From the NCBI GenBank assembly GCA_045863395.1, contig BTVJ01000038.1, positions 1 through 64,000 on the forward strand: a stretch of 64,000 nt of DNA, written 5' to 3'. Made by a program: the position numbers and the translations under genes. The DNA comes from Myxococcales bacterium (GTDB taxonomy: Bacteria; Myxococcota_A; UBA9042; JABWCM01; BTVJ01). The notes under the pieces are model-generated. The model did not search any database and had not been told where the DNA came from. It saw nothing but the letters and a program-made list of their open reading frames with translations. Shown one piece after another: positions 9,975 through 19,098 of this stretch (its first letter is position 1; every line of letters starts with the position of its first letter).

Positions 9975-10577
9975 ATGAAGAAGGCAGCGGTCCTGGCCGG
10001 CTTCGGGCTCATCGCCATCGTGGCCGTCGCGTGTCAGCCCGCGGCGCAGGAGCCCATCAAGTGCGTGTGCAACTGCGACGGTCCCCCACCCGAGGGCGCG
10101 AAGGTGACCGTCCAGGGGCCGGCCCCGGCCGCAGCTCCAGCGGTCGCTGCCGCCCCGACGCCCGCCGCGGCGGTGCCGGCGGCCCCTGCTCCGTCCCCCG
10201 GCGTCGCGTCGGGCAGCGTGCCGCAGGAGCCGGGCACTGGCGCCCCCGTGCAGGTCAGCGACGCGGACAAGGAGGAGATGAAGAAGGCCTTCTCCGCGTT
10301 TGCCGCAGCAGCGGGCAGCCGGAACATGGACGAGATGCGGAAGTGGACCACCGAGCGCCTCGGGGGCTCCCTGGCCGGCGCCGTGGAGAAGTACAAGGAC
10401 CGCCTGTTCAGCCGGACGGACATCTTCACCAAGGGGGCGGCGGGGGGCGTCACCGTCGGCTCGGTGCTCGAGGGCGGCCCGGGCAACTTCGACGTCGAGT
10501 TCAAGTTCAGCAACGGGGAGTCGGCGCGGGTCTTGTTCTTCAAGGAGAACGGCGCCTGGAAGCTGAACCGGCTGTAG
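9975..10577 (+). CDS. Hypothetical lipoprotein with Pro/Ala linker
   Basis: Lipobox AVAC, RBS GAGGA, strongly GC3-biased codons. Confidence 0.7.
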   Translation: MKKAAVLAGFGLIAIVAVACQPAAQEPIKCVCNCDGPPPEGAKVTVQGPAPAAAPAVAAAPTPAAAVPAAPAPSPGVASGSVPQEPGTGAPVQVSDADKEEMKKAFSAFAAAAGSRNMDEMRKWTTERLGGSLAGAVEKYKDRLFSRTDIFTKGAAGGVTVGSVLEGGPGNFDVEFKFSNGESARVLFFKENGAWKLNRL

Positions 10578-11582
10578 TCACTCCGTGATGCGGTCGACGG
10601 CCTCCACGTCGAAGGTGGGGGCCGTGTTGCGGGCCAGGTCCAGCAGGTAGGTCTCCCGCGCCCGCTCCAGGATCGCGCCGCACAGCCCGTCGAAGAGCTC
10701 CTTGCGCGCGCTCGGGTCGTCGGGGCCGCGGTCGCTCTTCGGGCGGTGCTCCTCCACCCACAGGATGTGATAGCCGTAGGCGGTGCGCACCGGCTCCGTG
10801 AGCGTGCCCGTCTTGGCGCCGCGGACCGCATCGATGATCGCGGGGTCCATCACGACCCAGGTGCCCCCCTGGTCGGCGTGGGGGCGCGAGAAGTCGTAGG
10901 CGAAGGTGTAGCGGTGGGCTCCGAGGCCCGGGACGCTCGCCGCGGCGGCCTCCGCGGCGGCTTGCACGGCCTCCCCGGCTCGCGCGGGCGCGATGCTGGC
11001 GCGGACGACCTCCATGGTGGCGGCGCCGTCCACGAAGCAGCGCGCGGCCTCCCCGTCCTGGCAGGGCGCGCGGTCCTTCGGACAGCAGATGAGCTGCACG
11101 TCCACGACCTTGAACACGTCCGGGTGGATGAAGCGGCGGCGCTGACGGCGCCAGGCGTCGGCGATGGCGGCGTCGTCGACGCCGTGGCAGCTCGTCGTCG
11201 GGCTGAAGGTGGTGGCGAGGAAGCGGTCCACATGGTCGTCTGCCGCCTCGCCCGCGTGCCGCGTCATGCCTGCGCGCGCGGCCTCGTCGGCGGCGATGCG
11301 GCGTCCAGCCGCGAGGAGGGCTGCGTGGCGTGGGGTCGTCCCCGGGCGTGCGCGCCGAAGGGCCTCCCGCACGTCGGCCTCGGTGATGGGCTTGCCGACC
11401 ACCTCGCCGATGGGGGGCGCGGTGTCGGGGGCCGGTGGGTGCAGTGGGGCCTCAGCAGGCTCCGGCACGACTTCGCTGACCGGCGGGGCACTCGGGGGCG
11501 TCGGAGGAGTGGGCGGAACGCTGGGTGTCTCCGCACGGCACGCGCCGGCGAGGAGCGCCAGGGCGAGCCCGCCCCGAATCAC
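10578..11582 (-). CDS. PpiC/parvulin-type peptidyl-prolyl isomerase lipoprotein
   Basis: Lipobox AGAC; EPVRTAYGYHIL parvulin motif. Confidence 0.75.
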   Translation of the reverse strand: MIRGGLALALLAGACRAETPSVPPTPPTPPSAPPVSEVVPEPAEAPLHPPAPDTAPPIGEVVGKPITEADVREALRRARPGTTPRHAALLAAGRRIAADEAARAGMTRHAGEAADDHVDRFLATTFSPTTSCHGVDDAAIADAWRRQRRRFIHPDVFKVVDVQLICCPKDRAPCQDGEAARCFVDGAATMEVVRASIAPARAGEAVQAAAEAAAASVPGLGAHRYTFAYDFSRPHADQGGTWVVMDPAIIDAVRGAKTGTLTEPVRTAYGYHILWVEEHRPKSDRGPDDPSARKELFDGLCGAILERARETYLLDLARNTAPTFDVEAVDRITE

Positions 11583-11953
11583 GGCTGGACCAGCGCGTTC
11601 ACGACCCGGAGCATCTCGCGGATGCTGAACGGCTTGCGGAGGAGCCCTTCGTGGGACAGGGCGCCGAGCCGCGACTCGGTGGACGTGTCGGGGTAGCCGG
11701 TCATCAGGATGACCGCGGGGCGAGCGGGCCGGGCGTGGAGCTGCTCCAGGACGGACACGCCATCCATGCCCGGCAGGCGGATGTCCACGAGGGCCACGGC
11801 GAAGGTGTCGAGATCGAGCATGCGCAGCGCCGCCTCGCCGGTCCCCACTGCGGTCACCTCGAACCCCGCCGAGGTGAGCGCCGCGATCAACAGCTCGCAG
11901 ATCAGCCGCTCGTCATCGACGACGAGCACCTTTGCGGGTTCCTGCGCGGGCAT
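11579..11953 (-). CDS. Single-domain response regulator (REC)
   Basis: VLVVDDE, LVDIRLPGMDG, ILMTG, LRKPF. Confidence 0.9.
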   Translation of the reverse strand: MPAQEPAKVLVVDDERLICELLIAALTSAGFEVTAVGTGEAALRMLDLDTFAVALVDIRLPGMDGVSVLEQLHARPARPAVILMTGYPDTSTESRLGALSHEGLLRKPFSIREMLRVVNALVQP

Positions 11954-11961
11954 GAGGCAGA

Positions 11962-12894
11962 CTATACACCGCCCATCAACAGCAGGAGCAAGGCTTTCTG
12001 CGCGTGCATCCGGTTCTCCGCCTCGTCGAAGATCACGCTCGCGGGGCTGTCGCACACCTCGGCGCTGACCTCCTCGCCCCGGTGGGCGGGCAGGCAGTGC
12101 ATGAAGATCGCCCCCTTCGCGGCACGTGCCATGAGGGCGGCGTCCACCTGGAAGCCCGCGAAGTCCTGCTCCCGCTTCTTCTGCTCCGCCTCCTGGCCCA
12201 TGGAGGCCCACACGTCCGTGTAGACGCAGTCGGCGCCCTTGACGGCCTCGGCGGGGTCCGGGACGACCTCGATGGTCGCGCCCGTCGTCGCCGCCGCCTC
12301 CTGCGCTGCGGTTACAATTGCTGGGTCTGGATGGTAACCGATCGGCGCGCCGACCGAGACGCTGACCCCGAGCTTCGCTCCGCAGAGCATGAGGGAGTGG
12401 GCGACGTTGTTGCCGTCCCCCACGTAGGCGAGCTTGAGGCCGGCCAGCGCCCCCTTGTGCTCGCGGAGGGTCTGGTAGTCGGCCAGCGCCTGGCAGGGGT
12501 GGAACGTGTCCGACAGGCCGTTGATGACCGGGACGGTCCCGAAGCGGGCCAGGTCCTCGATGTCAGACTGGGCGTAGACCCGCGCCATGATGGCGTCCAC
12601 GTAGCGGGAGAGCACCTGAGCCGTGTCCGAGATGGTCTCCCCGCGGCCGAGCTGCAGGTCGCCCGCGCCGAGGAACAGGGCGTGGCCGCCGAGCTGGTAC
12701 ATGCCCACCTCGAAGGAGACCCGCGTGCGTGTGGACTTCTTCTGGAACAGCATGCCGAGGGTCTTGCCGGACAGCGCGGTCCGGAAGCGGCCTGGCTCCG
12801 CCTTGATGGTCGCAGCGAGGGAGAGCACCTCCTCGATCTCGTCGGTGCTCCAGTCCATGAGTGAGATCAAGTGCTTCTTGTTCATGGGAGACAT
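11962..12894 (-). CDS. argF: Ornithine carbamoyltransferase
   Basis: STRTR, HPCQALAD, GDGNNVAHS, YTDVWASMG, HCLP. Confidence 0.96.
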   Translation of the reverse strand: MSPMNKKHLISLMDWSTDEIEEVLSLAATIKAEPGRFRTALSGKTLGMLFQKKSTRTRVSFEVGMYQLGGHALFLGAGDLQLGRGETISDTAQVLSRYVDAIMARVYAQSDIEDLARFGTVPVINGLSDTFHPCQALADYQTLREHKGALAGLKLAYVGDGNNVAHSLMLCGAKLGVSVSVGAPIGYHPDPAIVTAAQEAAATTGATIEVVPDPAEAVKGADCVYTDVWASMGQEAEQKKREQDFAGFQVDAALMARAAKGAIFMHCLPAHRGEEVSAEVCDSPASVIFDEAENRMHAQKALLLLLMGGV

Positions 12895-12974
12895 CTCCGG
12901 GGGGTCGACGGTTCACGGGGCCGGTGCCCCACGGGGGCGGTACTGTAGCGGGGTTCGCCGGGCAGGTCGAGGGC

Positions 12975-13607
12975 TCAGCCGTCGCCATCCAACTCTACGA
13001 AGCCGCGCAGCATACGCGTCACCATGCCGACGGCGGCCTCGTTGCGCTCGTCCCAGGGGAGGATGATGTCCGCGTTCCTGCGGCTCTTCTCGACGAACTC
13101 GCGGTGCATGGGGCGGACCGTCTCCAGATACTGGTCGATGACGGACGAGACCGACCGCCCGCGCTCCTCCACGTCGCGGCGCAGGCGCCTGATGAAGCGC
13201 AGGTCGTCGTCGGTCTCCACGTAGAGCTTCACGTCCATCAGCGAGCGCGTCTCCTCCAGCTCCAGGACCAGGATGCCCTCGACGATCAGGATCTCCGCGG
13301 GCTCCACCCGCACCGTGCGGTCCGTGCGGGTGTGGGTGCGGAAGTCGTAGGTGGGCATGTCGATGGCCTGGCCCCGCTTGAGGGCGCCGACGTGGGCCCC
13401 CATGAGGGCGGCGTCGATGGCGCTCGGGTGATCGAAGTTCACCCGGTCGCGCTCCTGCGGGGGCAGGTGGGACCAATCACGGTAGTAGTTGTCCTGGACC
13501 ACCGTCACCACGCGGCCTGTGCCCAGGTCCCGCGCGATGCGCCCGGCGACGGTGGTCTTGCCGGACCCCGTGCCTCCCGCGATGCCGATGACGAAGCTCC
13601 CGGCCAT
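12975..13607 (-). CDS. udk: Uridine kinase (paralogue 1)
   Basis: GIAGGTGSGKTT, NFDHP, IVEGIL, RRLRRDVEERGR, VRPMH. Confidence 0.93.
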   Translation of the reverse strand: MAGSFVIGIAGGTGSGKTTVAGRIARDLGTGRVVTVVQDNYYRDWSHLPPQERDRVNFDHPSAIDAALMGAHVGALKRGQAIDMPTYDFRTHTRTDRTVRVEPAEILIVEGILVLELEETRSLMDVKLYVETDDDLRFIRRLRRDVEERGRSVSSVIDQYLETVRPMHREFVEKSRRNADIILPWDERNEAAVGMVTRMLRGFVELDGDG

Positions 13608-13764
13608 GGCGCACCTCCTCTGGGGCCATCTTGCGGTATTCGAGGGGGGAGCGGAAGGCGCCAACGGGAGGGCGAGGCGGGTTGTTGTGGCGGGGGCACC
13701 ATTGGGGGTGCTACAACCCTGGCCCGCGCCGGGCGCGCATCGTCCGGTCACCGCAGGAGCAACC

Positions 13765-14307
13765 ATGCGAGGGCAGTCGACACGGGGCGCAGCGATCCTG
13801 GTGGCTTGCCACCTCCTCTCCTGCGACTCCGGCGCGTCGGACTCCGATCTCTGCGCGGGGCTCGACGAGGGGGCGTGCGGGACCACTGCCGGGTGTGCGC
13901 CGGTGCGCGGTAGGGAGAGTGCCTCAGAGGCCCAGTTCCTCGGTTGCAGCACGTCTGAAGGGTGCAAGCAGGCCCGCCTGAGCCTGACGCACCCGGAGAC
14001 CGGGAAGTGCTGGGCCATCGCCACCACCTGCCTGCCTGGGCCGTGGAGCAAGGCAGCCGCCTGCGATGGCGCAAGTGCCGTGTGCAAGGGCCTCGATGAG
14101 GCGGCGTGTCAGGTGGATCCATGGTGCGCGCCGATCACGGGGAGCCTGGGCTACGCGGGCTGCTGGACCGCGCTGACCGAGGACGGCAGCGCCTGGACCT
14201 GCGGAGGCGCGGCCACCACCTGCTCGCACCCAGCGACCGGCGAGTCCTGGACGTTCCCATCCACCTGCATCCCCGACGGGTGGGACGAGAGCACGTGCAA
14301 CCTCTAG
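13765..14307 (+). CDS. Cys-rich secreted protein/lipoprotein with an internal duplication
   Basis: RBS AGGAG; lipobox-like LLSC; two copies of C(A/K)GLDE(G/A)AC...CAP...GC...HP-x-TG-x-x-W...TC-x-P-x-x-W. Confidence 0.65.
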   Translation: MRGQSTRGAAILVACHLLSCDSGASDSDLCAGLDEGACGTTAGCAPVRGRESASEAQFLGCSTSEGCKQARLSLTHPETGKCWAIATTCLPGPWSKAAACDGASAVCKGLDEAACQVDPWCAPITGSLGYAGCWTALTEDGSAWTCGGAATTCSHPATGESWTFPSTCIPDGWDESTCNL

Positions 14308-14355
14308 GGATGCGGCGGAGTGGCATCGCCGAAGTGTCCGGTGAGACCGTGGTGG

Positions 14356-15480
14356 CTACGAGTCTGTGCCCAGCCAGTCCAGGAGCGCCACGGCGGCGGG
14401 CGGCGGCAGCACGCCGCTGGTCCAGAGGGTCCGCTGCGGGCCGACCAGCGCGACGGGCTCGATCCTCCACCCCCGGTATCGGGTGCTCCCGTCCCAGGGG
14501 GCCTCGTGGGGCAGCTCGTCAGGGTAGGGGGCCGCAGGGCTCTGGAGACCGCTTGGGTCGAAGGCGATGACGAAGACCCGGTCGCCGTCCCGGTCGTAGA
14601 GCGCGCGCTCGGCGTGGACGTAGCGCGCGACCACGTCTGCCCCCTCGAAGACCGCGATGTCGGGGACCGGTATGCCCAGCGTCGACAGGAGCTGCCCGAG
14701 GGAGAGGGCAGGCGAGCCGGGGCCACGGTCGACGCGTCGGATGGCGCGCTGGGCGAAGTGCGAGGTGTCGCTGACGGTCCGCCACTCGCCGGTCCCGGCT
14801 CGGAAGGCCACCGCCGCGCCGCGGCCCGACAGCGGGCTGCCCCCGCCCTGGAAGACGTACCACCGGTGTCCGTCCGACTCGACGACGAGCACGCCGTCTC
14901 TCCACATCCCTAGCAGGGCGCCGAGGGGCAACCTCCCGCCAGGGCGGAAGAAGACCCGCGCGTGCGCCGGGTAGACGCGGATGTCCCTCCAGCCTGGGCG
15001 CTGCTCGATGGTGTGGTACATCGCCAGCAGCCGGTCGAGGTTCTCCGCGAGCAGCCGCGTGTCCGACCTCGTGGCGCGGGCCCTTCCCGCGCGGATGTCG
15101 TAGGCGCTCCGTGCGGCCCGCGCGAGCGCGACGAGGCGCTCCGGGTCGAGCTCCAGCAGCTCGGACAGCCGCCGCGCCTCATCCTCACCGGGCAGCTCCT
15201 CGGCGCGCTCGAAGCGCTCGATGCGCTCGGCGAGGCTGCGGACGTCGCTCCCGCCGAGCTGCCGCGCCAGCTCCTCGCGGCTGAGGCGGACGATGTCACG
15301 CCGCGCGAGCTGGAGCAAGGTTGCCAGCTCCTGGTGGGGAGGTGGGGCGTCCTGGGGTGAGCGGTGAGTGGGACGCTGGCGGGCCACCGGGGAGCTCGTG
15401 GGGCCGTCATCGATCACCGCGCCGGTCTGTGGGGGCTGGGCCCCCCTCGGGCGTCTCGGGAAGGGAATCACGGTACCCAT
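14356..15480 (-). CDS. Hypothetical protein with N-terminal XRE-like helix-turn-helix
   Basis: RBS GAGGAGG; LSREELARQLG...IERFER...P...RRLSELLEL resembles HTH_3. Confidence 0.55.
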   Translation of the reverse strand: MGTVIPFPRRPRGAQPPQTGAVIDDGPTSSPVARQRPTHRSPQDAPPPHQELATLLQLARRDIVRLSREELARQLGGSDVRSLAERIERFERAEELPGEDEARRLSELLELDPERLVALARAARSAYDIRAGRARATRSDTRLLAENLDRLLAMYHTIEQRPGWRDIRVYPAHARVFFRPGGRLPLGALLGMWRDGVLVVESDGHRWYVFQGGGSPLSGRGAAVAFRAGTGEWRTVSDTSHFAQRAIRRVDRGPGSPALSLGQLLSTLGIPVPDIAVFEGADVVARYVHAERALYDRDGDRVFVIAFDPSGLQSPAAPYPDELPHEAPWDGSTRYRGWRIEPVALVGPQRTLWTSGVLPPPAAVALLDWLGTDS

Positions 15481-15497
15481 GGGCGTCCTCCTCGTTC

Positions 15498-15533
15498 GTC
15501 TGCCTCGGATGTCTGCCTCGGATGTCTGCCTCG
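15498..15533. repeat. 13-bp tandem repeat (gtctgcctcggat) x~2.8
   Basis: Read directly; lies just upstream of the RBS of the HTH gene. Confidence 0.85.
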
Positions 15534-15554
15534 CCGCTCGCCTCGCGAGCCCGG

Positions 15555-16157
15555 TCACCGCCTGGCCCCCGCGGTGCTCAGGCCGAAGTCGGCAGCGTCG
15601 TACCAGCCTCCGTTGAGGGCAACGGCCTGCGGGCACGCCACCGCCAGGTCGCGGTAAGTCACCACGGGTGGCGCAGGTGCCCCGTAGGCGCCGAGGATGA
15701 GCCCGTCGATGGAGCGGACCGCCCCGATGGAGCGGGAGGCGATGTCCAGCACCTCGGCCGCGATGGCCGGGACGGCGCTGCCTCCGCCCGCGAGGGCCAT
15801 GCGGACCGGGTTCCCCTCGATGACGTGCCGCCACCGCATGGGGAAGTGGAGCAGCTCCCGGCGCAGGCTCCAGCACGCTTGCAGGATGCCCTGCTCGTCG
15901 ACGCCGAGGTGGTCGGGCGACAGCGCCGCCTCGAGCGCATCCTCGGTCGCGGCGGCGTCTCGCCAGACCGCTGAGACACCCGTGTGACCGAGGCCGAGCA
16001 GCTCGAAGCCGGCGGCGACCGTCACCTGGAGCTCGTGGGCGTGCTGGGCGTCGTCACAGGCGCCGCTCGTCCGCAGCGTCGCCAGATTGAAGACCACGTG
16101 CGGGTCGATGAGAGTCTCCGGGGAAGCGCAGAACAGCATCTCCATCTGCCAGGACAT
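15555..16157 (-). CDS. Hypothetical protein
   Basis: RBS GAGGAGG before ATG 16157; protein-like composition; no family recognised. Confidence 0.55.
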   Translation of the reverse strand: MSWQMEMLFCASPETLIDPHVVFNLATLRTSGACDDAQHAHELQVTVAAGFELLGLGHTGVSAVWRDAAATEDALEAALSPDHLGVDEQGILQACWSLRRELLHFPMRWRHVIEGNPVRMALAGGGSAVPAIAAEVLDIASRSIGAVRSIDGLILGAYGAPAPPVVTYRDLAVACPQAVALNGGWYDAADFGLSTAGARR

Positions 16158-16268
16158 GGCGAACCTCCTCGGCACCGGGCGCCGGACACACTCCGCCGCC
16201 CGAGCCTCGAACCAAGACCCATTGGTCTCCGCGCGCCGACCCTCGGCGCCGGACTTGTCTGTGGCGCG

Positions 16269-17554
16269 TCAGCTCGCCGGCTGCTCCCAGGGGAGCTCCG
16301 GCTTGCCAGAGTGGCCGTAGTTCGTCGTTGATCGGTAGATTGGGCTCAGCGGGTCGAGCCGCTCGATGACCGCCCCCGGCCGGAAGTCGAAGGCCCGGAC
16401 GAAGGCCTCGGCGGCAGCGGCCTCGCCGGTCCCGAAGGTGTCCACGCGCACCGAGACCGGCTGGGCCACCCCGATGGAGTAGGCGACCTGGATCTCGGCG
16501 TGCCAGGCCAGTCCCGCAAGGACGAGCTGCCGGGCGACGTGACGGCAGAAGTACGCCCCGCTCTGGTCGACCTTCGACGGGTCCTTCCCGCTGATGGCCC
16601 CGCCGCCGATGCGAGCCGCGCCCCCGTAGGTGTCGACGCCGATCTTGCTTCCGGTAACCAGCGTCGGCAGACGGCCCGCCCTGGACGAAGCTCCCTGTCG
16701 GGTTCACCAGGACCTGCGTGTCCTCCCGCCACCACCCACCGAGGGCCTGCGGCGCGAGGCGCCCGGTCACGAACGCGCGGATGTCTTCTTGCGACGCAGT
16801 CTTCGCGTGCTGCGTGGACACCAGGATGTCCGTGACGCCGACGGGGCGGCCCCCCTCGTAGGCGACGGTGACCTGGGTCTTGGCGTCGGGCCGCAGCCAG
16901 GACTCTCCACCCCGGCGAAGCTCTGCGAGGGTCCGGGCGAGCCTGTGTGCGAGCAGGATTGGCAGGGGCATGAGCTCCGGCGTCTCGTCGGTGGCGTAGC
17001 CGAACATGATCCCCTGGTTCCCGGCGCCTTGTGTGAACAGGGATCCGCGCCGGACGCCCGCGTCGATCTCGGCGGCCTGCTGGCTGAGCAGCGTCTGGAT
17101 GGCGACCCCATCCGCCGAGAACGGATCCGTCGGGTCCGTGTAGCCGATCTCTACGAGGGTGCGGCGCGCGACGCGCTCCACGTCTACTATGGCGCCGGTG
17201 CACAACAACCTGTGCCATTCGGCCCCCGCTGCATCCCCGCTGGCAGCCTGGCGAGACCTTGGAAGGACAAGGCCCTGCCTGCGGCCTCGCCAGACTGCCA
17301 GCGGGGCGCATCGGGCCCCTCGATGGATCAGGTTGTCATGCACCGGCGCCCATGGCGGTCGACGTGATCTCTCCCGCGATGATCAGATGATGGCCCTTGC
17401 AGAGCACCTCGGCGGCGACCAGGGCCAGCGGGTCCTGGTCGATGTGAGCGTCGGGGATGGCGTCCGCGATAGTGTCGCAGACCTTCTCGGGGTGCTCCTC
17501 TGAGACGGACTCCGACGTGAAGGGGTACCTGTCCCGGTCACTCTGGACAAGCAT
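16269..17554 (-). pseudogene. metK: Methionine adenosyltransferase pseudogene (insertion, frameshift, degenerate motifs)
   Basis: [69 protein letters not shown] in separate ORF segments; insertion at 17191-17350; frameshift near 16655-16660. Confidence 0.92.
17191..17350. mobile_element. 160-bp palindromic MITE/REPIN-like insertion
   Basis: Terminal inverted repeats 20/22 identical, arms pair over ~65 bp; atggcg at both junctions; removal restores the metK frame at this site. Confidence 0.75.
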
Positions 17555-17893
17555 GATCGACCCTCCGGCAGCGGCTGCTCGGCGCCCGCGCGACACCATG
17601 CCGAGCGAGCGTGCAGCGACGAATGTCGGTCACGCCCGCTCGACAACGAGTCGAGCAAGCCCGCGGTCACTTCGCCTGGAGGGGATGCCCTGGAGGCGTG
17701 GAAGGCGCTCTCGCGCCCACCGTGGCCGCAACTTAGACGGTGTACTTCCCCTTCTCGCGTGGCCCGTCAAGTTACAGCAGAAATCGCCACGCGACCGCCC
17801 TACTGTAGGTCGTGCGGGCGACTACGTCAAGCGGAATTTTGCAGCCTTGGTGTCGGCGGGCTGAGGTGCCTCGTCCCGCTCACTCTCGATGGG

Positions 17894-17922
17894 TTGACAA
17901 TCATGGGATGGTGCCGTAAAGT
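17894..17922 (+). promoter_or_regulatory. Putative sigma70 promoter
   Basis: TTGACA-N17-TAAAGT in an AT-richer stretch upstream of the ADP-ribosylglycohydrolase gene. Confidence 0.6.
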
Positions 17923-17982
17923 ACGGCTGTTAGCAACGATTGCTGGCTTCTTTCAAGGAGGGCCGAGGCGCCCTCGGGGGTA

Positions 17983-19083
17983 GTGATGAAGAACCTGACA
18001 CCCGTCCCGGAGACTCCTGATGCCCGCGCCGCCGCGTGGGGACTCCACCGCATCCCGGACGCACCGGCTCCTCACCCGGTTGGCTTGGACCAGCGCGTCC
18101 GCGGCCTTCTCCTCGGGCTTGCCATGGGAGACGCGCTCGGCAACACCACGGAGAGCAAAGTCCCGCCGAAGCGTCCGGGGGCGCCGATCCGCGACTACCA
18201 GCCGAATCGCAACGCGGAGTGGCGCGCCGTCGGGGTCCCTTCCGACGACACGCAGCTCGCCTTCTGGACTCTCGCCGCGCTCCTCGAGTGCGACCGGCTC
18301 GACCCCGCGCGGGTCCTGGAGGAGTTCGGCCGGACGCCCGTATTCGGCGGCGGGGGCACCTGCGAAAAGGCCATCGCGCGCTCCCGTGGCGGGCGGGACT
18401 GGCGCACGGCCGGCCTCGCCGGCTGGGGGAACGGGGCGCTCATGCGGATCGCCCCCGTTCTGCTCCCCCACCTGCGCCGCCTCCCCGGGGGTTCTCGGGC
18501 GCTGTGGGACGACGTCGCGGTCGGGACGACGCTCACCCACGCGTGTCCCTCGTCGCTGGCCGCCTGCGTTGGCTATGTGGGGTTGCTGGCAGAGCTGCTG
18601 GCGCTCCCTGCGGGGAGCGCGCTCCCTTCGCCCCGGTGGATCCCCGAGACCTTCCTCCGGTACGCGGGGGACCTGGACGGTGGGGAGCTGCTCTCTCCAA
18701 AGGCGCCGCAGCTCCGGGAGACGCGGGTGTCGCTCACCGCCCTCGTGCGCCAGGAGGTGCTGCGCGCCGTGGAAGAGGGGTGGTCGCTCCGTCGTGGCCT
18801 CGACCGCTGGTACTCCTCGTCGCGCATCTGGGAGACGGTCCCGGCCGTGCTGTTCCTGCTCGCACACCACGCGGGCGACGCGGAGGAGGCCATCGTCCGC
18901 GCCGTCAACGACACGAAGGACAACGACAGCATCGCGGCCATCGTCGGGGCTGCCGTGGGGGCGCTCCACGGCGCGAGCGCCCTGCCGCAGCGGTGGCACG
19001 ACGGCCTGCTCGGCCGCACGCGTGCGTCAGACGACGGGCAGGTGCAGGCGCTCGCGGACGAGGCGGTGGGGCGGTGGGCCTGA
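17983..19083 (+). CDS. ADP-ribosylglycohydrolase (DraG/ARH family)
   Basis: GLAMGDALG, SDDTQ, GNGALMRIAP, DNDSIAAIVGAAVGA. Confidence 0.92.
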   Translation: MMKNLTPVPETPDARAAAWGLHRIPDAPAPHPVGLDQRVRGLLLGLAMGDALGNTTESKVPPKRPGAPIRDYQPNRNAEWRAVGVPSDDTQLAFWTLAALLECDRLDPARVLEEFGRTPVFGGGGTCEKAIARSRGGRDWRTAGLAGWGNGALMRIAPVLLPHLRRLPGGSRALWDDVAVGTTLTHACPSSLAACVGYVGLLAELLALPAGSALPSPRWIPETFLRYAGDLDGGELLSPKAPQLRETRVSLTALVRQEVLRAVEEGWSLRRGLDRWYSSSRIWETVPAVLFLLAHHAGDAEEAIVRAVNDTKDNDSIAAIVGAAVGALHGASALPQRWHDGLLGRTRASDDGQVQALADEAVGRWA

Positions 19084-19098
19084 TGCCCACTGACCAGG

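Noticed and set aside
17200..17341. Integron attC site (gcacaac...gtcatgc ends)
   Set aside because: Right end lacks the invariant GTT in register, the palindrome extends beyond these boxes, it sits inside a gene, and no integron integrase or cassette array is present
17555..17980. SAM riboswitch upstream of metK
   Set aside because: Could not find SAM-I/II core motifs by eye; an Infernal search would be needed to exclude it fully
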